Source of the DNA: an uncultured Prochlorococcus sp.
GTDB lineage: Bacteria; Cyanobacteriota; Cyanobacteriia; PCC-6307; Cyanobiaceae
DNA: 64,000 bases
NCBI RefSeq assembly: GCF_902622435.1
Contig: NZ_CACNQB010000003.1
Reading direction: 5' to 3' (one strand)
Position numbers and translations under genes: made by a program. Below the pieces are notes generated by a model. It was not told the DNA's origin. It was given only the letters and a program-made list of their open reading frames with translations, and searched no databases. This document shows positions 27,118-34,140 of the stretch, one piece after another. Within the stretch, counting starts at the first letter, position 1; each line of letters begins with the position of its first letter.

Positions 27118-27296
27118 AATTTAAACAGAAATTTCTTAGGTCATATTAAAAGCTTTTGAACGATCGTATATTCCCCATACCATCCATCACTTTCCTAAAT
27201 AGGAACTTTGCATGATAATTAATATATAAAAGCGAATAGTATGCTGATACATTCACGATTCGTTCACGATTTGCAATTTACTCCAAATCCTTTGAT

Positions 27297-27341
27297 ATGA
27301 CTAAAGAAAATTTTTGGATAATGAACCATGTACCAGCTTGA
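27297..27341 (+). pseudogene. 5' remnant of the EVE-domain gene
   Basis: MTKENFWIMNHVPA* versus MTEKNFWLMKSEP at 30830; upstream CCTTTGATATG versus CCCTTGATATG. Confidence 0.7.
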
Positions 27342-27442
27342 TATAACTAGGTTTTTTGAAATTTATAAATTTTATTCTAGCAAAATTCTAGCAACACTAA
27401 TAAATATAAAGCATCCATTGAGGTAAAGATTTAGGATAATTT

Positions 27443-27495
27443 GTGATTGACATTCGATCTAAACTTAGAGGGATAAAACCCTCTTTTTTTTGATG
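27443..27495 (+). repeat. Island repeat module, copy 3
   Basis: GTGATTGACATTCGATC-TAAACT-TAGAGGGATAAAACCCTCT-T tract-GATG. Confidence 0.9.
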
Positions 27496-27666
27496 AGAAA
27501 CAAATTTAAAAGATCAGCTTTTTTTGATATGTCTGATGACCTTTTCTATCGAATATCATTAATAGGATTTTTAGTTGTTTTTAGCTCAATGGTATTTTTC
27601 CTAACGAAATATAGAGAAAAAAAAGTTAATAATATAAGCCAGATTTCCATAACTGAACAAATTTAA
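27493..27666 (+). CDS. 57-aa single-TM microprotein
   Basis: MRNKFKRSAFFDMSDDLFYRISLIGFLVVFSSMVFFLTKYREKKVNNISQISITEQI. Confidence 0.6.
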   Translation: MRNKFKRSAFFDMSDDLFYRISLIGFLVVFSSMVFFLTKYREKKVNNISQISITEQI

Positions 27667-27680
27667 TTTATAAAGCAGTA

Positions 27681-28037
27681 ATGCAAAGATTTATAATTTC
27701 ACCGTTATTTGCTTTATCTAGGTTTTTTATAAATATTTACGGAATATTTTTAAAGTTTTTTCTTCAATTAAATGGTGGTTATTGGTCAAGAATTGGTTTA
27801 GCCGAAAATATTACAGAGGAAAGAATTAAAAAAAGAAGATTTTATATCCTGCCTTTTTATATTCTTCTAGCTTTATTGTTTGGATTACTATCTGCTCTAT
27901 ATTGGTATTTTGTTATTCTTCATGTGCCACTTTCAATAGAAAGATATTTAAGTCCATTGAATAACAATATTGCTTTAATAATTGCTTTTGCTACTTTCTT
28001 TGGTTGGCTTTATATTCTTTGTAAAACAAACAAATAA
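27681..28037 (+). CDS. Hypothetical membrane protein
   Basis: 118 aa with two or three hydrophobic segments. Confidence 0.75.
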   Translation: MQRFIISPLFALSRFFINIYGIFLKFFLQLNGGYWSRIGLAENITEERIKKRRFYILPFYILLALLFGLLSALYWYFVILHVPLSIERYLSPLNNNIALIIAFATFFGWLYILCKTNK

Positions 28038-28139
28038 AATGCTTACTGAGAGATGATGTGGTCCGCGGATTAAAGATTTAATTAATCATGATTAAATCAT
28101 TCTTAAGGATTCATGCAAAATATTTATGACCGATTAATT

Positions 28140-28452
28140 TGTATTTACGACAGTTCTGGTGATCGACTCGACCAAGGTTGACCAACTAGATCTTCACTAA
28201 TCCATGGTCTGCAACACCAAGGTAAATTAACTTATCTAACCTTTACGGTAAGAAAGTTAAGTGATCAGAAATTAATCTTTCGGGATTAATTCTGAACTAT
28301 CTTAAAAATAAAGTCGTTTGTAAAGCATGAAGAAGTGAGTAATCACTTTTACATTCAAAACTAATTTCTAAGAAAATTCTTAATCTGATTATTAAATAGA
28401 TCTCCTTTCTGTCGTCACCATTTAAAAAAGACCTGTAAAAGGGTCTTTTTTT
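28140..28452 (+). ncRNA. Candidate ~300-nt structured RNA
   Basis: GC-rich 5' part; hairpins at 28228-28259, 28266-28294 (UUCG loop) and 28333-28348 (GUAA loop); CTCCTTT at 28402; terminator; no ORF over 25 aa seen. Confidence 0.55.
28424..28452. terminator. Bidirectional intrinsic terminator
   Basis: AAAAAAGACCT-GTAAAA-GGGTCTTTTTTT. Confidence 0.85.
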
Positions 28453-28503
28453 ATGTCTTAAATTTTATTTATTTACTGTTAATCCACAAATAATTAAATA
28501 TTT

Positions 28504-28635
28504 TTATCTCGCTCTTTCGCGATCAGTTAATGCTTTTTCAAAAGTAAAAAAGAAAGTACAAATGCTATTCAATGCAACCAACAAAAGAACTACTGATCTT
28601 CCATGTTGATTTAATTGAAGTGATCTTTGAGTCAT
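28504..28635 (-). CDS. 43-aa single-TM microprotein
   Basis: Starts 4 nt after the previous stop; MTQRSLQLNQHGRSVVLLLVALNSICTFFFTFEKALTDRERAR. Confidence 0.6.
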   Translation of the reverse strand: MTQRSLQLNQHGRSVVLLLVALNSICTFFFTFEKALTDRERAR

Positions 28636-28639
28636 ACTT

Positions 28640-28822
28640 TTAATAATCTTCATTGTAATCGGATGGACTACCAGTTAAAGAACAAACAACTGATTCCTCT
28701 TTTTTCATTTCTTTTATTTCCATTATTGGTCTGCCCATTTTCTTAAGAACATCTATATCTTCTTTAGTCTGACAGCGTGCAATTATATTTCCTTTTTGAT
28801 CAAAGCAACTGTAGTAAGTCAT
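28640..28822 (-). CDS. 60-aa hypothetical protein
   Basis: ORF track; MTYYSCFDQKG...VVCSLTGSPSDYNEDY. Confidence 0.8.
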   Translation of the reverse strand: MTYYSCFDQKGNIIARCQTKEDIDVLKKMGRPIMEIKEMKKEESVVCSLTGSPSDYNEDY

Positions 28823-28846
28823 TTTATTAAATGCAATTTAACGTTC

Positions 28847-28892
28847 ATGGTTGATTTCAGTTGCAGCAACGCAACCGACTCATGACAACCAT
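28847..28892 (-). promoter_or_regulatory. Structured 5' leader candidate
   Basis: Outer stem ATGGTTG/CAACCAT enclosing inner stem TCGGTTGC/GCAACTGA, 25 nt upstream of the ATG at 28822. Confidence 0.5.
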
Positions 28893-29049
28893 ATTTCTAA
28901 TTTAGGTCAGCCATAGATTTAAATGGCTAAAAAAACATACCTCTTTCCGTACCTAAATGTTCCTCAAACCGCACACATTAGATACGCAGTGTTTTAGTCA
29001 AATCAATTAGAAAAAAGAGGTAGTTAAACGAATATACAAAGGAGAATTT

Positions 29050-29187
29050 ATGAGTGGAGATTTTGAGACTCTTGAAATTAATCAACCAAAAATTAAATAT
29101 TTAAAACCAGAAGATAATACAAAATGGTTAGACAAATTAATTAATAATATTAAGGACATGAAGAGGAAGATATCAAAAGATTCTTAG
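29050..29187 (+). CDS. 45-aa microprotein (NNTxWLDxLIN family)
   Basis: GGAG SD; MSGDFETLEINQPKIKYLKPEDNTKWLDKLINNIKDMKRKISKDS. Confidence 0.7.
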   Translation: MSGDFETLEINQPKIKYLKPEDNTKWLDKLINNIKDMKRKISKDS

Positions 29188-29321
29188 AAATTTAAGAAAG
29201 AAACATTTTTATTTGACCTTTAGTTTGAATGAAAAGAAATTCAAAAAAGAATTTAAATTTTGTATTTAAGGTAACCGCTTTTTTGTGAGCATTATTCAGA
29301 ATAAGAGTCCGACTATTTTTT

Positions 29322-29465
29322 ATGCAAAAAAATTTAGATGAAAATTCTTATGAAAAAAGAATTGAAAATATAGAAAAAGGAAAATCTTATTTAAAAAGTA
29401 ATGGATTTTTCAAATCAAAATCTAATCTTTTCGAAGACATACAAAGATTTATCTATAAAAGGTAA
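29322..29465 (+). CDS. 47-aa hypothetical protein
   Basis: MQKNLDENSYEKRIENIEKGKSYLKSNGFFKSKSNLFEDIQRFIYKR. Confidence 0.5.
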   Translation: MQKNLDENSYEKRIENIEKGKSYLKSNGFFKSKSNLFEDIQRFIYKR

Positions 29466-29480
29466 TTTAAAAAATATTTT

Positions 29481-29573
29481 TTACTTTTGATTAATTAAAT
29501 CTCTCCATAAGCAAGCCATCACATAAAAGAAAGAAAGACTTGAAAAGGTAAAGAGAAAAAAAGAATGGGTCAA
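29481..29573 (-). CDS. 30-aa TM microprotein (WRDL family, TTG start)
   Basis: MTHSFFLFTFSSLSFFYVMACLWRDLINQK; similar to 4882-4977. Confidence 0.55.
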   Translation of the reverse strand: MTHSFFLFTFSSLSFFYVMACLWRDLINQK

Positions 29574-29583
29574 TTTTCTATAA

Positions 29584-29688
29584 CTAAATTAGACCAAATA
29601 ATCCTGCAGTAAAACCAACAGCCGAAAAGAATGTGAACTCAATCAAATCTCTTGGGGCAGAGTTCATAAATAAACCAATTTGAGTCAT
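29584..29688 (-). CDS. 34-aa TM microprotein
   Basis: MTQIGLFMNSAPRDLIEFTFFSAVGFTAGLFGLI; starts 4 nt after the previous stop. Confidence 0.65.
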   Translation of the reverse strand: MTQIGLFMNSAPRDLIEFTFFSAVGFTAGLFGLI

Positions 29689-29692
29689 GATT

Positions 29693-29887
29693 TTATGACT
29701 TGAGAGAATCTTTTAAATCAAACTTTTCAGCTTTTTCAATTTGACACTCAGTATCATCTTCAGCACATTTGATTTCAGCTTTTTTGTTCATGTGGCTACT
29801 ACAACCGCCTGCTATAACTGGTAAACCGGTCGTAGCCGTAAAACCAGTTAAACATGCAAAAGCTATATAAGGAAAAAGTCTTTTCAT
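29693..29887 (-). CDS. 64-aa exported Cys-containing protein
   Basis: Signal-like MKRLFPYIAFACLTGFTA followed by GGCSSH..CAEDDTEC. Confidence 0.8.
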   Translation of the reverse strand: MKRLFPYIAFACLTGFTATTGLPVIAGGCSSHMNKKAEIKCAEDDTECQIEKAEKFDLKDSLKS

Positions 29888-29890
29888 TTA

Positions 29891-29908
29891 ATTGTTACTT
29901 TATGTAAA
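29891..29908 (-). promoter_or_regulatory. HLR1-like direct repeat
   Basis: TTTACATA-AA-GTAACAAT (one mismatch) just upstream of the ATG at 29887. Confidence 0.55.
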
Positions 29909-30088
29909 TTTATTATGTTACATAAAAAGCTCAAGTGTGAGTAGCTGATAATTCGCGTGCACCCTATACCAATCATCTAAAGTGATTTAGCAAACCTATG
30001 AGTTTTATATTTATCTGAGTATTTTTACTTATATGTTGAGTTGAAGACTTTAAATAATTAATGTTTGTTTTGGGTTTATATATAAGTA

Positions 30089-30244
30089 ATGGATAAAGAA
30101 CATTTAATTGATTTAATATCTAGCAGCATTATTTCTGAGATTAAAGATCTCCAAATTAATGAGCAAAAATTGATTGCAAATAATTATTTAAATAATCTGA
30201 ATTTAAATCAGCTTAGAATAATTTCTAAAGAATTTATTTTGTAA
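30089..30244 (+). CDS. 51-aa hypothetical protein (MDKxHLIDLIS family)
   Basis: Same length and termini as 6466-6621. Confidence 0.75.
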   Translation: MDKEHLIDLISSSIISEIKDLQINEQKLIANNYLNNLNLNQLRIISKEFIL

Positions 30245-30326
30245 TTTTTATTGAATATTTATTTAAATAAATGAGATTTTCTTTACTATCATTTGAATTT
30301 GAATAAGTTAATACCTTTTAATTAAT

Positions 30327-30512
30327 ATGAATGATTCAGAAGAATTTAAACCTAGCCTTAAACAAATAAATGAGGATATCAGACCTACATGGGAAGATAT
30401 CAAAAAACAATCAGAAGTTTTAGTTAACAAACTTGGTTGCCCTAGATCATTTGTAGGAGGGATGCTTCATGCAATAGCAAGCGACTTCTCTGATATGAAA
30501 ACTTGGGAATAA
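30327..30512 (+). CDS. 61-aa hypothetical protein ending in a DUF3804-like DMKTWE tail
   Basis: ORF track; last six codons match the end of the 26584 gene. Confidence 0.75.
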   Translation: MNDSEEFKPSLKQINEDIRPTWEDIKKQSEVLVNKLGCPRSFVGGMLHAIASDFSDMKTWE

Positions 30513-30662
30513 ATGAAAAACTTGTTACTTACACCACTTTTCAAACTATTCAAAAAAAGCACTTTTCTCTTATCACTAAATCAAAACTCGTGCCCTGTTT
30601 TATATGCTGAAGACATAAAAAAGCAAGAACAGAAAGAAGCTATTGAAAGGTTGTACCCGTAA
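30513..30662 (+). CDS. 49-aa microprotein, duplicate B
   Basis: MKNLLLTPLFKLFKKSTFLLSLNQNSCPVLYAEDIKKQEQKEAIERLYP. Confidence 0.75.
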   Translation: MKNLLLTPLFKLFKKSTFLLSLNQNSCPVLYAEDIKKQEQKEAIERLYP

Positions 30663-30666
30663 ACTT

Positions 30667-30732
30667 TTAACAGAAATGTATCAGATCATATATACGATGC
30701 AGCACGGTCCTATGCACCCCCATGCCACCCAT
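30667..30732 (-). CDS. Candidate 21-aa peptide
   Basis: AGGAAAG SD; MGGMGVHRTVLHRIYDLIHFC; a homologous frame exists in duplicate A. Confidence 0.4.
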   Translation of the reverse strand: MGGMGVHRTVLHRIYDLIHFC

Positions 30733-30829
30733 TACTTTCCTAAATTGTGACTTTGATGGATAATAAACATATAAAAAAAATCTGATTCTAGCAAAATTCT
30801 AGCAGATAAATTCCTTCAATTCCCTTGAT

Positions 30830-31288
30830 ATGACTGAAAAAAATTTTTGGCTAATGAAAAGTGAGCCTGATGCTTACAGCATAGATACTTTAAAAAATGA
30901 CGGTGTAACTTTATGGGATGGAATAAGAAATTATCAGGCTCGAAATTTTATGAGAAAAATGAATAAAGGAGATAAAGTTTTTTTCTATCATTCGAATTGT
31001 AAACCCCCTGGTATTGTGGGACTTATGGAGGTAATAGATCTAAATATTGTTGATCCTACTCAATTTGATCAAGATTCAAAATATTTTGATCCAAAATCGA
31101 AACCTGATAATCCTAGATGGGATTGCGTAAAAGTAAAATACATTTCTAAATCAAATAAGATTTTAAGTTTACCTGAATTGAAGATTTTATTTAATGAAGA
31201 CGAGTTATTAGTTGTAAAAAAAGGAAATAGGTTGTCTATATTACCTGTCAGAAATGATATTGCAAAAGTACTACTAGAAAAAATATAA
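30830..31288 (+). CDS. EVE domain protein
   Basis: FWLMKSEP, WDGIRNYQARNFMRKM..GD..FFYHSNCKPPGIVG. Confidence 0.95.
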   Translation: MTEKNFWLMKSEPDAYSIDTLKNDGVTLWDGIRNYQARNFMRKMNKGDKVFFYHSNCKPPGIVGLMEVIDLNIVDPTQFDQDSKYFDPKSKPDNPRWDCVKVKYISKSNKILSLPELKILFNEDELLVVKKGNRLSILPVRNDIAKVLLEKI

Positions 31289-31294
31289 AAAAAT

Positions 31295-31546
31295 CTAATC
31301 CTTAAAACTCATTGAAAACATATTGCCAATATAAAGCCTTGTTAAATCCCTGTTTTGAAATCCTTTTTGCATCAAAAATCCTGCAATAGCAGCTTGTAAT
31401 ATCCTGTATTGATCCCAGTTAGGATGGGCCTCAACAAATTCATTCATAGCCTTTTGAAGATTTTCTTGAAGTTCACATTTGAAACTTATTACTTCATCAT
31501 TATGATTTGATACTTTTGAATTTTCGTCGTCATTTAACTCTTGCAT
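31295..31546 (-). CDS. DUF2811 family protein
   Basis: AMNEFVEAHPNWDQYRILQAAIAGFLMQKG. Confidence 0.88.
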   Translation of the reverse strand: MQELNDDENSKVSNHNDEVISFKCELQENLQKAMNEFVEAHPNWDQYRILQAAIAGFLMQKGFQNRDLTRLYIGNMFSMSFKD

Positions 31547-31742
31547 ATTGAAAACTTTATTGGAATTTAAATCTACAAGATGTAGTTTTCTCCAAAATTA
31601 CTAAATCGTCAACAAGCATTATTTAGATACAGTCTCATGTAATAGAATAATGAGAATTCAGTCATAATTTGGGGAGTCATGGAAATGAATTTCGTAAATT
31701 TAAATCTTACTCAAATATAAAATATTTATATAAAATCAGAAG

Positions 31743-31806
31743 TTTTCCACATGCTTTAGATCACAAGATGTTTTTTTTTTAAATACTGTGGAAAAGTTGT
31801 GAAAAA
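31743..31806. promoter_or_regulatory. Cluster of three DnaA boxes
   Basis: TTTTCCACA (+, 31743), TTTTCCACA (-, 31787-31795) and TTTTTCACA (-, 31798-31806), all matching TTWTNCACA. Confidence 0.6.
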
Positions 31807-31858
31807 TTTTTTTTTGGAAGGGGAAATATTTTCTAAAATTTCCAATTTTATTTATCTT

Positions 31859-32230
31859 TTAATCCATTGATTCCCACATTTTTTTTATTTCATAAAATAA
31901 ATTTTGTGCTATTGGTATAGGCCAATACATTTCGAAGGATCTAGTTTGGTCTTGACTTTCAAAAACAAATCTTAAACTCCACTCATTCTTTTTCCCCTCT
32001 AAGTGAATATACCAAGGTAATTGTTCTAATTCTAAAGTAATAGATTCTTCATCCATTAGTTCATCCTTGATAACTAATAGTTGTTCATTAATTCTTAAGA
32101 GTAGAAGGCAGAGTGAATTAAATTCACCTTTTTGTAACTCGATTGACCAATTGTCTACAGCAATCAAATAGCAAAATTTGCCTTTTTTTGAATCTTTAAG
32201 TAATCTCCATCTTTTTTGGTCTTTTACCAA
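31859..32230 (-). CDS. DUF1818 family protein
   Basis: WRLLKD..F.YLIA..NWSIEL and LEQLPWYIHLEG....WSLR. Confidence 0.85.
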   Translation of the reverse strand: MVKDQKRWRLLKDSKKGKFCYLIAVDNWSIELQKGEFNSLCLLLLRINEQLLVIKDELMDEESITLELEQLPWYIHLEGKKNEWSLRFVFESQDQTRSFEMYWPIPIAQNLFYEIKKMWESMD

Positions 32231-32232
32231 AA

Positions 32233-32469
32233 TTAGCCTGGAAGTAAATCTGGTTGATCTTGCTCATCACTTAATTCAATAATTGACCTTTGAACGGGTT
32301 TAATAGTTGATTCTTCTAATAAGCCATCAAAATCATCAAAACGTCTTTGTTTAGCTCTAAAAGCAATTTTCACTGTAGTTAAATATCTATTAGTTGATTT
32401 TCTTATCAAGCTCTCACCTCTCTTTGCAAGATCATTAGAATCAACTCCTGCATTGTTAGATATGTTCAT
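32233..32469 (-). CDS. rpoZ: RNA polymerase omega subunit
   Basis: [32 protein letters not shown]. Confidence 0.93.
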   Translation of the reverse strand: MNISNNAGVDSNDLAKRGESLIRKSTNRYLTTVKIAFRAKQRRFDDFDGLLEESTIKPVQRSIIELSDEQDQPDLLPG

Positions 32470-32566
32470 TAAAAAAATTTTTTACTATAAAATGTATTTT
32501 ACAATTTATTCGACCATTTCAAAACATAAATTACAAAAAGAACTTAATTGATTTAAATAATTTCAT

Positions 32567-34135
32567 ATGGAAGAAAGTTTATCTGGAACACTTGCTATCG
32601 ATTTAGGGAACACTAATACTGTTGTGGCTTTTCAAGATCAAAAAGATATAAATTCTGTTTTAGTTGAAATACCCAATATTACATCATCTCCAGGAGTTAT
32701 TCCTTCAGCAGTTTGGTTCGAGGAACCTTCAAAGATTACTAAAATTGGTATTAGTGCTTTAAAGATGAGGGATAACTCAAATTCTGATTTATTTTTTCAT
32801 TCGAATTTTAAAAGACTAATTGGGAATTCTATTGAAAAAACTAACCAAAAAAATATTTTAACCCCTAATGAATGTGGCGAAAAATTTTTTCAAATATTGT
32901 GGGCGAACATTCCGCACAATTATGAGATCAAAAGACTTGTTTTAACTGCTCCTATTGATACATACAAGGGTTACAGAGAATGGTTAGTTAACCTTTGCGA
33001 GGAGATATCTGTAGATGAAATAGCTCTTGTTGATGAGCCTACTGCAGCAAGTTTAGGAATAAATGTACCATTTGGCTCAAAAATTATGACATTAGATATT
33101 GGAGGAAGTACAGTCGATATGAATATAGTCAAAATAGAAGGGGGAGAAGGAAAGTCTGTTCCAATAGCTGAACTATTAAAATTTAAAGGTAATAATGTAA
33201 GCTCAATTTCAAAACAAAAAATAAGGTGTGCTGAAATAATTGGAAAAACAGGCTCAAAAATTGGTGGGAAAGATATTGATCAATGGATAGTTGATTATTT
33301 TATTCCAGGTAATAATTATATTTATAATCTTTTAAAGGCAGAAAAAATAAAATGTAAACTCAGCTCATCTCTAATCAAATACGAAAATAAATATCCAATA
33401 AAATTATTTACTGAACAAAATAACGAAAGTGATTTTTACCTTAGTAAAGAAATATTTGAGAAAATACTCATTGACAATAATCTTCTTAATCATCTCAACT
33501 CTTTACTAAAAGATTTATTAAATCAAGCAAGAGGTAAATTTTGCACAGTTGATGACTTAAATGCAATTGTTTTGGTTGGTGGAGGAACTCAAATACCATT
33601 GATTAAAGAATGGATAACAAAAAAAATTCCAAAAATTCAAATAAAGTCGCCACCACCTATTGAATCAATAGCTTTAGGAGCTTTAGCAATGACCCCGGGG
33701 GTAAAAATAAAAGACATATTAAACAAAGGATTATCTATAAGATTATTTAATAAAAGAGAGCGAAAACACTTTTGGCATCCTATTTTTTGCAAAGGTCAAA
33801 CATGGCCAACTGAAACGCCCTTTAAACTAATCCTTCAAGCCAGTAAAAAGAATCAAAAAATAATCGAAATAATAATTGGAGAGACGCAAAAAGAAAGATC
33901 ATATGATGTTATTTTTGAAAATGGATTACCAAAGTTATCAGAGATTCAAAATGAAGAAGAAATTATAAAATGGGACCAAAAAACTCTCAAAATAGAATTA
34001 AAAAATAAATCCAATGTTGGAGAAGACACCTTAAAACTTTTTTTTAAAATTACGGAAAATGCTGATTTATTGGTTAAGTGTTTTGATATTAAAGATGAAT
34101 TTTTTGGAGAATATAATTTAGGAAATATCTTCTGA
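32567..34135 (+). CDS. Hsp70 family protein (DnaK-like)
   Basis: AIDLGNTNT, DEPTAA, LDIGGST and LVGGGTQIP actin-like ATPase motifs. Confidence 0.9.
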   Translation: MEESLSGTLAIDLGNTNTVVAFQDQKDINSVLVEIPNITSSPGVIPSAVWFEEPSKITKIGISALKMRDNSNSDLFFHSNFKRLIGNSIEKTNQKNILTPNECGEKFFQILWANIPHNYEIKRLVLTAPIDTYKGYREWLVNLCEEISVDEIALVDEPTAASLGINVPFGSKIMTLDIGGSTVDMNIVKIEGGEGKSVPIAELLKFKGNNVSSISKQKIRCAEIIGKTGSKIGGKDIDQWIVDYFIPGNNYIYNLLKAEKIKCKLSSSLIKYENKYPIKLFTEQNNESDFYLSKEIFEKILIDNNLLNHLNSLLKDLLNQARGKFCTVDDLNAIVLVGGGTQIPLIKEWITKKIPKIQIKSPPPIESIALGALAMTPGVKIKDILNKGLSIRLFNKRERKHFWHPIFCKGQTWPTETPFKLILQASKKNQKIIEIIIGETQKERSYDVIFENGLPKLSEIQNEEEIIKWDQKTLKIELKNKSNVGEDTLKLFFKITENADLLVKCFDIKDEFFGEYNLGNIF

Positions 34136-34140
34136 GAGAG

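Larger units (their letters stand above)
26946..27341 (+). repeat. Diverged duplicate of 30491-30874
   Basis: Colinear similarity covering the DMxTWE* junction, the 49-aa ORF, the spacer and the EVE gene start. Confidence 0.85.
1400..30800. other. Accessory genomic-island-like region
   Basis: Low coding density, very AT-rich spacers, many micro-ORFs, pseudogenes, internal repeats and hli genes, bounded by core genes; boundaries approximate. Confidence 0.8.

Noticed and set aside
21238-27495. Repeat copies read as a CRISPR array or Yfr2 family RNAs
   Set aside because: Copies are dispersed over 6 kb without regular spacers or cas genes, and lack the GGAAACA motifs of Yfr2
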